NCBI GenBank assembly: GCA_964543495.1
Contig: CAZIYN010000001.1
Coordinates: 1-55,775, forward strand
DNA length: 55,775 bases
Reading direction: 5' to 3'
From: an uncultured Dehalococcoidales bacterium
Lineage (GTDB): Bacteria; Chloroflexota; Dehalococcoidia; Dehalococcoidales; UBA2162
Part shown: piece after piece, positions 47,292 through 55,448 of the stretch
Layout: every line of letters starts with the position of its first letter
How positions within the stretch are numbered: the stretch's first letter is position 1
Translations under genes and position numbers: made by a program
Notes under the pieces: generated by a model
Seen by the model: only the letters and a program-made list of their open reading frames with translations
Databases searched by the model: none
What the model was told of the DNA's origin: nothing

Positions 47292-47855
47292 CTACAGGTG
47301 GGCCGTAGCCGGCACCCTAGTCCACACTTCCGGTAAATTCCCCGCTTTCCAGTTATACTGGGTTTCCGCATCGAGAACGTACCGGTACCCCCAGAAGACC
47401 ACCCTCGCCTGGGTAAGGGCGTAAGAGGTGTTGTTGGTAGCCTGCATGAACGCCCAGTTATCCTCATACTCGTAAAACTCGGACTGATGCCCATCAGGGT
47501 CGAACAGCGGAGAAAACCTGCTCAGTGTGGCTACCCGGTTCTGGAGCTTGTGTCTCTGGTCCGCCCTGCCCTGGTAGAGAATAACCTCCACGTCGTCGAG
47601 AACCTCAGCCCTGAACTGGCCGAACTCGGCGTCAGGCATCTGCAGCAGGGTCAGTTGCGTGATACCGGTAGTCCCGCCTGCAGCCAGAGCGCCGAGGTCT
47701 ATGGTGATGGGGTTGGACCGGTTCAGCGGTTCAATGAAAGCCACCCTGTAGAACTCATACACCTTGTTAACCCATATGCCGACAATTTCGCCGGGCACCA
47801 CGATCTGCTCGACCGGGCCCCCTTTATAGGTAAAAACCTGTGGTAACGCTGGCAT
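47292..47855 (-). CDS. Beta-rich protein, 187 aa (capsid-type candidate)
   Basis: Minus-strand tiling ORF. No motif recognised. Confidence 0.6.
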   Translation of the reverse strand: MPALPQVFTYKGGPVEQIVVPGEIVGIWVNKVYEFYRVAFIEPLNRSNPITIDLGALAAGGTTGITQLTLLQMPDAEFGQFRAEVLDDVEVILYQGRADQRHKLQNRVATLSRFSPLFDPDGHQSEFYEYEDNWAFMQATNNTSYALTQARVVFWGYRYVLDAETQYNWKAGNLPEVWTRVPATAHL

Positions 47856-47870
47856 CTTACTCCTCCTCTA

Positions 47871-48716
47871 TCATACTCCACCCTCATCGGACGGCTCTTC
47901 ACCGAGACCGACCGAGGGCGTCATGGGATTTACAAGCATCCTTATCTCCGCCTCCCTGTCCCAGTTCTCGTTAAGCTGCTCCTGCCAGAGGAAATGCCCC
48001 CCTCCGAGTTGGACCAGCTTAGCAGACTCGACATCGTTATGGTAGGCATACTCAAAGAGCTTCTGCGGCTCCATCTCGAGTAAAATCATGGTGGCGATGA
48101 AGCCCTGGGTATTAATATACGAACTTCCCTCAATAGCCGACTTCATCTTCTCGATGTTATCCTTCACCTTATCGGTGGTGCTGTTATTGATGAAAGCCCG
48201 GTATCCTTCTTTCTCAATCTTACCGATGGGCCTGTTACAGACATCTAAGGGGACTATCCTGGTAACTCCGTAAGCCTGGCAAACCAGCGGGCGGACCGGA
48301 TGTATCAGGCAGGTCTTGTCCTCAGCGAGCATCGGGCAGCCGCTTTTCTGCGCCAGCCACACGACCTCCTGGTTAAGCTGGTCGATGATATGCGGCGGCA
48401 TCCTAGTAGTGCCAAAGCCGTACCGGGTACCTACCTTTTCAAACTTCTCGAAAAGCCATTTCCGGCAGGCTTCCAAAACGCGGTTCCTTACTTCCGTCTT
48501 CTGCTTTTTCAGCCAGTTGGAGATATACCTGGCCTCGATTCCCTTTATCGTTATCGAGTTAATCTCGCAGCACTTGCCACAGTTAGGCATGCAGACCGGT
48601 ACACCTATAATCTTGACGAACTCCTTCTCCGCAACAGAAAGCCAGGCGTGAGCTTCACCGAGATACTTTATCGCAGGGTCATGCCCATTTCTCGAAAACA
48701 TCACCAGTACCCCCAC
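47871..48716 (-). CDS. YkgJ-family (CxxCxxCC) cysteine-cluster protein
   Basis: MPNCGKCCEINSITI and CPMLAEDKTCLIHPVRPLVCQAYG match the UPF0153/YkgJ signatures. Confidence 0.75.
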   Translation of the reverse strand: MGVLVMFSRNGHDPAIKYLGEAHAWLSVAEKEFVKIIGVPVCMPNCGKCCEINSITIKGIEARYISNWLKKQKTEVRNRVLEACRKWLFEKFEKVGTRYGFGTTRMPPHIIDQLNQEVVWLAQKSGCPMLAEDKTCLIHPVRPLVCQAYGVTRIVPLDVCNRPIGKIEKEGYRAFINNSTTDKVKDNIEKMKSAIEGSSYINTQGFIATMILLEMEPQKLFEYAYHNDVESAKLVQLGGGHFLWQEQLNENWDREAEIRMLVNPMTPSVGLGEEPSDEGGV

Positions 48717-49144
48717 CTTTCGAGCCTCCTGGCAACCGCATCGTCTTCAAGCCAAATTTCTTCCGGAAGAACGTAATCCACCTTATTGCCCCTCAGTTCT
48801 ATAATTTTCTGGGCGTGCGTAATAGTGGTCGGCACGCCGAAGACGGTATAGAAGTCGCAGCGCGGGCACTTATACGCTATATCCATAGCGTAAGGCCTGT
48901 TGGCCGCCGGGTCTTCGTCTCTTGCTCCTTTTTCAAGATTGGCAATCCTGACATCAGCCACCGTATGAATCCGGCTCCGCCTCATCCTCATCTCCACCTT
49001 TATCGATGGCTCGCGAGCCTTGCACATGGGGCAGTAGATAGGCTCCTTGGAAACGATTCCTACCGGTTCATCCACCTCCACCCAGCATTCGTTTTTCACG
49101 AGTTCGGGGCGATCCTCTTCTTTTCTCACTTTTACCTCCACCAT
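48701..49144 (-). CDS. Cys-containing protein, 147 aa
   Basis: CPMC..(50)..CPRC. Confidence 0.6.
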   Translation of the reverse strand: MVEVKVRKEEDRPELVKNECWVEVDEPVGIVSKEPIYCPMCKAREPSIKVEMRMRRSRIHTVADVRIANLEKGARDEDPAANRPYAMDIAYKCPRCDFYTVFGVPTTITHAQKIIELRGNKVDYVLPEEIWLEDDAVARRLERWGYW

Positions 49145-49181
49145 ATTTTCTTTTACCTCCTGATATTGATAGACGGGTGGA

Positions 49182-49203
49182 GAGGGGGAGCGAACTCCCC
49201 CTC
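49182..49203 (-). other. Hairpin GAGGGGGAG-(UUCG loop on the mRNA)-CUCCCCCUC after 49209-49685
   Basis: 9-bp perfect stem. The tetraloop reads TTCG on the minus strand. No U-tract. Confidence 0.65.
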
Positions 49204-49208
49204 ATCCT

Positions 49209-49685
49209 TTACTTCTGTCGAGATATTATGAGTTGCGCCGAAGCCTTCTTTCCGGCAGTGGTCGCCGTGGCTATCGCCATCCCTATCTGCTTACCGGCGG
49301 GAACATATATCCTCTGGTTCAGCGGTATGACGTTACGGCTCGTTGTAAGAGCCAGGTCACCCGGAACCTCAGCCAGTACCTGACCAACCGCTGTAATAGC
49401 GGTGGCCGTGGTAATCGCTACCTGGTACTGAAGAGCGGCAGTAGTAGCCGCCGAGAGGATAATCCCCTCAATCCAGCACTCGGTGGTATTGGCAGTCGCC
49501 GAAATGGCCGTAACCACAGCGCCGAAAGCCCAGGTAGAGCCGACACCCGTTGCAGCCTGCAGCTGCGTTGGTGCTATGGAAGCCAGTCCGGCTCCATGGG
49601 GGATGAAAGTCACGAACGTTCCACCGTTGGCCCGTGTTAGCCAGGGAGTAATACTCGACAGCATCCGCTTGATAAAAGCCATCAT
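49209..49685 (-). CDS. Small beta-rich protein, 158 aa (paralog pair, capsid-type candidate)
   Basis: Shares FIPHGAGL, ATANTTECWIEG(I/V)IL and TTATA motifs with 49697-50167. Confidence 0.65.
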   Translation of the reverse strand: MMAFIKRMLSSITPWLTRANGGTFVTFIPHGAGLASIAPTQLQAATGVGSTWAFGAVVTAISATANTTECWIEGIILSAATTAALQYQVAITTATAITAVGQVLAEVPGDLALTTSRNVIPLNQRIYVPAGKQIGMAIATATTAGKKASAQLIISRQK

Positions 49686-49696
49686 CGCTATCTACC

Positions 49697-50167
49697 TCAC
49701 TTGTTCCTCGATATTACTACCCAGACGTCACACGTCTTGCCGCCGGAGGACTCGGCAAGCTGGCAGCCTATCGGCACGCCAGCCGGAATATGAACGCGCT
49801 GTCCCAGAGGCACGTAATCCACGTCCGTAACGAGGTTGCCATGATACGCTATCTCCCCGGCGATCTGCGCTGCCGCTGTAACGGCCGCCGTCGCCGTGGT
49901 GACGAGAACGTAGTAATGTTTATTCGCCACCTGGGGATTGGCAAGTATCACGCCCTCGATCCAGCACTCGGTCGTGTTAGCCGTAGCAGCCAGCACATTG
50001 GCCAGCGCCCCGTACACATTGGCTGCGCCGCCCGTCAGGGTCTTGGCAGCCGCACCGAGCAAGCCGGCTCCATGTGGGATATATGTAGTGAAAATACCGG
50101 CCTGGGCACGGTTAACGACCGGGATAATGCTCTGGAAAGTGCGTTTAACCTGTCCTGGTAAACCCAT
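49697..50167 (-). CDS. Small beta-rich protein, 156 aa (paralog pair)
   Basis: See 49209-49685. Confidence 0.65.
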   Translation of the reverse strand: MGLPGQVKRTFQSIIPVVNRAQAGIFTTYIPHGAGLLGAAAKTLTGGAANVYGALANVLAATANTTECWIEGVILANPQVANKHYYVLVTTATAAVTAAAQIAGEIAYHGNLVTDVDYVPLGQRVHIPAGVPIGCQLAESSGGKTCDVWVVISRNK

Positions 50168-50200
50168 TCCTTTTTGTCCTCCTCCGACCTAATGGGTTAA

Positions 50201-50232
50201 GGGGGGAAGTAATCTGTGGGATACCTCCCCCC
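50201..50232 (-). other. Hairpin GGGGGGAAGTA-N10-TACCTCCCCCC after 50244-50813
   Basis: 10 of 11 bp pair in the stem. Confidence 0.6.
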
Positions 50233-50243
50233 GGAATCGACCT

Positions 50244-50813
50244 TTAGCTTACGACTCCGCCCACTCGCTCTATGATGAGGCAGCCGAATCCCAGCTCCTC
50301 ACCACCGGCAGGCGTCGCTGCCCTGCCGTAGAAATCGATGTTTAACTGGTCCTGGGGATCATAGACCACCGGCTCACTGAACCAGGCTTCCGGCTCGAGC
50401 TTGCAGTCTATGAGATTCTGGATAAAGAAGTTAGCCTTGGTAGTAGCCGCCATCAGAAGGAACCGCACCGCGGTAGTCATGGGGTTCGCTGATGCGTCGT
50501 AGACCTTGTAGAAGACAGCCACCCTGCCGACCGGCAGGAACGGATCCAGAGCAGCCGCAAGCCCGTAAGCGCTCGCCCAGGCACCGGCACCGACGGCAGC
50601 CGGCGTCCGGTAATACTCGAGGGCATAGCCGGAACCGGCAAGCACCACCGCTCCGAGGTCGGTAGCCGGTAATGCCTCTCTCCACACCATTTCCTCGTCC
50701 GATGCCGCGATTCCTTTAGCCTTTGCCCTCGCAATGCCCGCAGCAAGAGCCATTGTCTTGTACTGCTTGATATCCGTCAGGGTTATTTCGTTGGTAGGTA
50801 TTGCATAACTCAT
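50244..50813 (-). CDS. Ala/Gly-rich beta protein, 189 aa (capsid-type candidate)
   Basis: Minus-strand tiling ORF flanked by strong hairpins. Confidence 0.65.
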   Translation of the reverse strand: MSYAIPTNEITLTDIKQYKTMALAAGIARAKAKGIAASDEEMVWREALPATDLGAVVLAGSGYALEYYRTPAAVGAGAWASAYGLAAALDPFLPVGRVAVFYKVYDASANPMTTAVRFLLMAATTKANFFIQNLIDCKLEPEAWFSEPVVYDPQDQLNIDFYGRAATPAGGEELGFGCLIIERVGGVVS

Positions 50814-50848
50814 CCGTGTATACCTCCATCAGAGTTACGACTGCGACT

Positions 50849-51178
50849 TTAGACCAGTCGGGCGCCTCCAAAAGGCTGCTCAACTAGAGGAGCCGGCCAG
50901 CGCGAAACTGTCTTTGTCGCCAGGCGCGTAGTTACGGGAGAACCGAACTGAGCCATGGCCCATCTGTAGATGGACTTGGCGGCCCAGGGCATCGAAGCGA
51001 TCCCCATGTTCTTCATGAAATCGCCTCCATAACCCATCATTGCCGCTCCGTAGCTGCCTCCTGCCATAACCAGGGAAACTGGAACATTCCAGTCGGGAGC
51101 TGTAGCCTCCGTAATCAGGTCAACAGCGGCAACCGCCACGGGAGCTCCGACATCCTCCACCAATCTTATCCTCGCCAT
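50849..51178 (-). CDS. Gly/Ala/Met-rich small protein, 109 aa
   Basis: GGAGGAGG SD. Confidence 0.6.
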   Translation of the reverse strand: MARIRLVEDVGAPVAVAAVDLITEATAPDWNVPVSLVMAGGSYGAAMMGYGGDFMKNMGIASMPWAAKSIYRWAMAQFGSPVTTRLATKTVSRWPAPLVEQPFGGARLV

Positions 51179-51224
51179 CTCGTCCTCCTCCGATTTAATG
51201 AGGGGGGTGCTATCGAAAGAGAAT

Positions 51225-51261
51225 GGGGGGTCTCCCGAACTCTTTCGAGTCGCGACCCCCC
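51225..51261 (-). promoter_or_regulatory. G6..C6 leader hairpin with alternative or pseudoknot pairing
   Basis: ggggggtc/gacccccc closes a loop whose UCGAAAGAG can pair with CUCUUUCGA just 3' of the stem on the mRNA (plus-strand 51240-48 with 51213-21). Confidence 0.5.
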
Positions 51262-51321
51262 ATTTTTCATCCCGTCGACCTGGAGGCTATCTGTCTGTCT
51301 GCTCCCAGGATGCTAATTTTA

Positions 51322-51350
51322 TTGTTACCATAAAAGGGTATTACTGTCAA
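51322..51350 (-). promoter_or_regulatory. Sigma70-like promoter TTGACA-N17-(TGg)TAACAA
   Basis: Extended -10 TG is present. The -35 lies 5 nt after the stop of 51355-52650. Confidence 0.5.
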
Positions 51351-51354
51351 GAAA

Positions 51355-52650
51355 TTATTTCGTCTTTTTCTTTTCTCCGGTTAACAGGGCAAGCAAAGCA
51401 GCTCCCCCAGCTACCACACCGGCTATCAGCCACGGAAATCCTCCGCCCTCTCCTTCCTCCGGCGGTACCTCGCCCTCTCCCGGAGGTGCCGCTCTCAAGA
51501 CAACGCTTACCGAATCACCGATAACATGCCAAGGCATCTTATCGAGCTCGACTTCACCCGCCTTAACCGTCCGCCTTATTGCGGTCCCGATTACATGCCA
51601 GTGCTCCAGCTCAACCCCCGAGGATTTCACCGTCCGCCTTATCGCCGTACCTATAACGTGCCAGTGCTCGGCTTCTCCAGCCGAAACCAGCTCGAACCTG
51701 GCAATCACGTAAAGGTCGGTGTTCATAGTGATAACTTTCACCGAACCCGTCCCGGAAATATCTCCCGTCCAAGCCGAGAACTTATATCCCTCGTTAGCCA
51801 CTGCCTCGAGGGTAACCTCGGTTCCAGTGGGATAGAGATTCATGTAGGGCTCCCGGGTCACCTGGCCGGCACCAGCCGGTATTACCTCCGTGACAAGGTT
51901 TTTATCCTCTATCACGGTCGTTTTCTTAAAACGAGCGATTACATAGGTATCCCTCTCCATGAAGATAGTTATAGAGCTATTACGGTCGTCGACGTCGCCG
52001 GCCCACGCCTCGAATCGGTATCCGGTGGTCGGGACTGCAGTGAGGGTCACGTAGGTGCCTTCCATGTAGGCATTCGCCTGCGGGTTCCTTGTTATGGCCC
52101 CGCCGTTCGCCGGAGACACCTCGGTTTCCAGTGAATAATAGACATCGCTCGGTGGCGGAGGTTCTTCCGGAGGTTCCTCGAACTTCACAACGATATTTTT
52201 ATCCCGATCCATCGTAATACGGATTTTATCGGTACCGATATAATCGGCGCCCTGGATATCCCCGCCCCAGCCGAGAAGTGTCTGGCCGGCGCCCGGGTAA
52301 GCCACCAGTATAACCTGGCTGCCCTTGTCGAATGTCCCCTCGGACGGCAGAACACTGCCATTGCCTATAACATCGGTGGTGAGCTGCACCAGGTCCTCGG
52401 AGTATGAGCCGAAGACCGCCGTTACCGTCTTGTTGCTATTCATGGTAACGGTGACGACCTCGGCACTACCCGAGACGTCGCCCTCCCAGTGATCGAGATA
52501 TCCGAGATTCAGGGCCGGAAGAGCCCTGAGTGAAACTACAGTACCCTCAGCATACTCCATGGCGCCGGGTCCCACGTAATTGCCGGTGGGAGTCGGCTGC
52601 ACACTTCCTGAACTGGCAGGACTAATGTAAATCTGCAGCTTGTAAGCCAT
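51355..52650 (-). CDS. InlB-B-repeat surface protein with C-terminal TM anchor, 431 aa
   Basis: Four G.V....G.Y..GT.V.L.A.P..GY.F..W.GD.....T..M modules, EHWHVIGTAIRRTVK repeats, then FPWLIAGVVAGGAALLALLTG-EKKKTK. Confidence 0.6.
   Translation of the reverse strand: MAYKLQIYISPASSGSVQPTPTGNYVGPGAMEYAEGTVVSLRALPALNLGYLDHWEGDVSGSAEVVTVTMNSNKTVTAVFGSYSEDLVQLTTDVIGNGSVLPSEGTFDKGSQVILVAYPGAGQTLLGWGGDIQGADYIGTDKIRITMDRDKNIVVKFEEPPEEPPPPSDVYYSLETEVSPANGGAITRNPQANAYMEGTYVTLTAVPTTGYRFEAWAGDVDDRNSSITIFMERDTYVIARFKKTTVIEDKNLVTEVIPAGAGQVTREPYMNLYPTGTEVTLEAVANEGYKFSAWTGDISGTGSVKVITMNTDLYVIARFELVSAGEAEHWHVIGTAIRRTVKSSGVELEHWHVIGTAIRRTVKAGEVELDKMPWHVIGDSVSVVLRAAPPGEGEVPPEEGEGGGFPWLIAGVVAGGAALLALLTGEKKKTK
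51544..51669. repeat. 63-bp tandem repeat x2 (plus a degenerate third) inside a CDS
   Basis: Encodes EHWHVIGTAIRRTVK(SSG/AGE)VEL twice, then PWHVIGDSVSVVLR. Confidence 0.8.
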
Positions 52651-53087
52651 TATCCCTCCCAGGGCGGTTTAGAGTAATCGGTGGTATGAGCGCTGCCCCA
52701 TGGTGTTATAACGAGGGATATGTCCCCATCGGGCATCGTTGGACTCCGCGGGTTATCAAGCGTCATTACTCCGGAAGCCTGCGCTCCGAACAGCTGGGTA
52801 TTATCATATACCTTTATCCCTCCACCTTCCGCCGTAATACCGAAGACCCAGCTGGTCATCGGAAAACCGTACTCGGGCCAGCTGACTTCGTAGCTTGCCT
52901 TTATATCGAATTTAGACCCCGCCGAAACCTCGGTAACTCTCTGTCCTCCTACCTCGACCCAGGCATCGGTTATAACGGCCGACATGCCAGGACTACCTAT
53001 CTTCGAGCTCAGCCCGGAGCCCCTTTTCATGATAAGCTCTACCGACCTCGGCTGCTGTTTTTCCTCATCCTGTCTTCTCTGCGTCAT
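52650..53087 (-). CDS. Beta-rich protein, 145 aa
   Basis: Minus-strand tiling ORF. Confidence 0.6.
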   Translation of the reverse strand: MTQRRQDEEKQQPRSVELIMKRGSGLSSKIGSPGMSAVITDAWVEVGGQRVTEVSAGSKFDIKASYEVSWPEYGFPMTSWVFGITAEGGGIKVYDNTQLFGAQASGVMTLDNPRSPTMPDGDISLVITPWGSAHTTDYSKPPWEG

Positions 53088-53497
53088 GTTGACCTCCTGA
53101 AAGCTCTTATTCCGAAAAAGGTCGCCGCCCCTACGACACCCAGGGCCAGTATCATAGCTCCCGAAAACGCCGCCGGGCTATCCCTGTAAAGCTGCCAGCT
53201 GACTATTACGATAGCAAGAACTATCAGCAGCGGGATTATCACCCCGACGATTACCGGCAGCCAGGGAAAACCCTTTTTGAAAAATATATTCATGACAGGG
53301 CTACCCTTGGTTACCTTTACGTCGGGAATGCCGGCTGCATCGAGGGCGTTCTGAACAGTATCGACAACACCCTGTGAGACGGGACTCCGCAGGTTCAACC
53401 TCAACTTAGCCCTGCCTCCCTCGGGTATCAGTTCGTCATACTGCTTCATCCCGCTCTGGAAATCCAGCAGGCCTCCGCTCGCAACTTCCTCCCACAT
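53084..53497 (-). CDS. Two-TM membrane protein, 137 aa
   Basis: WLPVIVGVIIPLLIVLAIVIV and AMILALGVVGAATFFGI helices. Confidence 0.6.
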   Translation of the reverse strand: MWEEVASGGLLDFQSGMKQYDELIPEGGRAKLRLNLRSPVSQGVVDTVQNALDAAGIPDVKVTKGSPVMNIFFKKGFPWLPVIVGVIIPLLIVLAIVIVSWQLYRDSPAAFSGAMILALGVVGAATFFGIRAFRRST

Positions 53498-53500
53498 ATA

Positions 53501-53956
53501 TCACCTCGGTTTAACCGGAGCACCCGGAGAGAACCGGACCGGCTCATCTCCTATACCGCTCTGCGTGAGATCGGTACCATAGATATCCGATGACTTCCGG
53601 TAAAGATGTCCGCCCGATTCGAAAAGCCCCCCTATTTTTACCTCACTGAAAATGGGACCGGCAGGAATCGCTTCAGCCAGCGCTGGAGCTTCTTCTTTCT
53701 CAGGTTCCTCTTCGACTACTTCCTCTACCGGCGGCTCTTCTGCCGGCGGCTCTTCTGCCGGCGGCTCTTCTGCCGGCGGTTCCTCTGCCGGCGGTTCTTC
53801 TGCCGGCGGTTCTTCTACCGGTGGCTCTTCTGCCGGCGGTTCCTCTGCCGGCGGTTCCTCTGCCGGCGGTTCTTCTACCGCGGGCTCCTCTTCGGTCTTT
53901 ACTTCCTCAACGGGCTTCTCTTCTTCCGTTTTTTTCTTTTTACCACGAGTTTCCAT
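53501..53956 (-). CDS. (EEPPA)n repeat protein, 151 aa
   Basis: Ten EEPP(A/V) pentapeptides followed by a globular C-terminus. Confidence 0.6.
   Translation of the reverse strand: METRGKKKKTEEEKPVEEVKTEEEPAVEEPPAEEPPAEEPPAEEPPVEEPPAEEPPAEEPPAEEPPAEEPPAEEPPVEEVVEEEPEKEEAPALAEAIPAGPIFSEVKIGGLFESGGHLYRKSSDIYGTDLTQSGIGDEPVRFSPGAPVKPR
53726..53875. repeat. 15-bp tandem repeat x10 inside a CDS
   Basis: Units of ggcggctcttctgcc and variants encode EEPPA/EEPPV. Confidence 0.85.
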
Positions 53957-53969
53957 TTGATTTACCTCC

Positions 53970-54509
53970 CTATTCGTAGGAAGCTTCTCTCTCTCCGAGC
54001 TTCCTCACACGTTCGTTCTCAGACTCAAGCGTTTTACTCGAGATAACATCCCCCGGATGGAACACCGTTTTGCCGGGGTCCTTAACCGTATGATACTTTA
54101 TTTTCTCCCCGCCTCCGGACAGCTCCTTTATCATTTCCTCGAACATGACCTTGTGAGCGCATTCCTCCTCGGCAATTATAGCCATCTTCGCGGCAAGATA
54201 CTTCTTATCATTTTTCTTCAGGTCATCGGCAAGGCTATGATAAAGATGGCAGGCGTCATGTTCCTCTTCAACGTTTGCCTTAAGCTTATCAATAATCTGC
54301 TTAATCTCTTTATCTCCCACTTTCTTACCTCTACCGTAAACCTTCGCCCAGAGCCTGTTGTGCATATCCCTGGCTACCGGCCAGTTAAGGAAGTCCGGCA
54401 AGTCCCGCTCGGTAAGAGGCACCTTGGCCGCCTTGGCAGCTCTTCGGATATCTTTCATCAGGATATCCCACCGCTCGACCTCGTCCTTACCCGCAGGATT
54501 GTCAGGCAT
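53970..54509 (-). CDS. Ferritin-like (ExxH x2) helical protein, 179 aa
   Basis: NVEEEHDACHLYH and IIAEEECAHKVMFEE suggest a di-iron four-helix bundle. Confidence 0.45.
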   Translation of the reverse strand: MPDNPAGKDEVERWDILMKDIRRAAKAAKVPLTERDLPDFLNWPVARDMHNRLWAKVYGRGKKVGDKEIKQIIDKLKANVEEEHDACHLYHSLADDLKKNDKKYLAAKMAIIAEEECAHKVMFEEMIKELSGGGEKIKYHTVKDPGKTVFHPGDVISSKTLESENERVRKLGEREASYE

Positions 54510-54803
54510 CTACGTCTTCCTGGTTGCTATTATTACTCCGAGACCCAGTATTAAAGCAGCCCCGATAATACCAACGGCAGTACCTGCACCAGGAGACTGT
54601 TCTATCCTGCGGCGCCCCGATATTACGGTTCCGGCAGCTTCCTCCTCCCACCAGACACGGCGCCTTGATGACCCGAACTGGCTGGACATCCTCGTCCTGC
54701 CGGTGCCCCTCTCCGGAAGAGGAGTCCCCGGGTACAGGTCTTCATGCCTCGCCGCCCTCTCTTCCTCACTCCTCGGATTTCCATAACGATAATTCATCAT
54801 CAC
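54510..54803 (-). CDS. C-terminal-TM protein, 97 aa
   Basis: AVGIIGAALILGLGVIIATRKT. Confidence 0.55.
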   Translation of the reverse strand: MMMNYRYGNPRSEEERAARHEDLYPGTPLPERGTGRTRMSSQFGSSRRRVWWEEEAAGTVISGRRRIEQSPGAGTAVGIIGAALILGLGVIIATRKT

Positions 54804-55447
54804 CTCTTCTTCCCTTCGATATATGCGAAATCAAGATAATCCTTCAGCCAGGTGGAATACATAGGAACAGCCGTGAAGGGTTCCATTACAGTCCTGCCTT
54901 CCACAGCGTAACACTCTTTGTCATTGAAATAGTGGACCGGCTCGTAGCGGTCCGCCACGGAAGCGAGGACCAGCGCCGGCACATCGGGCCTGGTGCTCTC
55001 CGAGATATAGTTGCGGCCGTTCATTTTTACCTCGACCCAGGCATGACCTCCCGCTTTCCCGTTGTAGAGGTTACCGAGAACACAGTGGACATCGCTGGGG
55101 GACAGATCATTTCTCAAAAGTGAAGTCAGGAGGAATGCCTTATTCGCGCAGTTACCAACGCCGACATTCTTTGTCAGGCTCGGCATCATCCAGAGGTCTC
55201 TTTGGACAGAGTTTTTCCCCTCGATAGAAAGCCGTCCGGAAATGAAAGGCTTATAGCGGATCTGCTGGGAAACCCACCTGTGGCAGGCGTTTATCTTCTC
55301 CTGAGGGAGAATTTTATTAGCGGTAAGCTGCTTGTATAGAGACTTAACTTCAAGGGCATCGGGAGTTATATACTCGGTAAGCCAGTGTCCCTGCCTGAAG
55401 AAAGAGGCCTCGATAGGCTGATCGTCAATCCGAATTCTGCTCTCCAC
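54800..55447 (-). CDS. Transglutaminase-like cysteine peptidase
   Basis: VGVGNCANKAFLLTSLLR (Cys), GGHAWVEV (His) and a downstream Asp form the transglutaminase-core triad pattern. Confidence 0.7.
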   Translation of the reverse strand: MESRIRIDDQPIEASFFRQGHWLTEYITPDALEVKSLYKQLTANKILPQEKINACHRWVSQQIRYKPFISGRLSIEGKNSVQRDLWMMPSLTKNVGVGNCANKAFLLTSLLRNDLSPSDVHCVLGNLYNGKAGGHAWVEVKMNGRNYISESTRPDVPALVLASVADRYEPVHYFNDKECYAVEGRTVMEPFTAVPMYSTWLKDYLDFAYIEGKKR

Positions 55448-55448
55448 A

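Noticed and set aside
53726-53875. Regular short repeats checked as a possible CRISPR array (also 3841-3938, 28047-28076, 51544-51669)
   Set aside because: The units are contiguous with no spacers, lie in frame inside ORFs and encode peptide repeats. No CRISPR-like repeat-spacer architecture occurs anywhere in the window.
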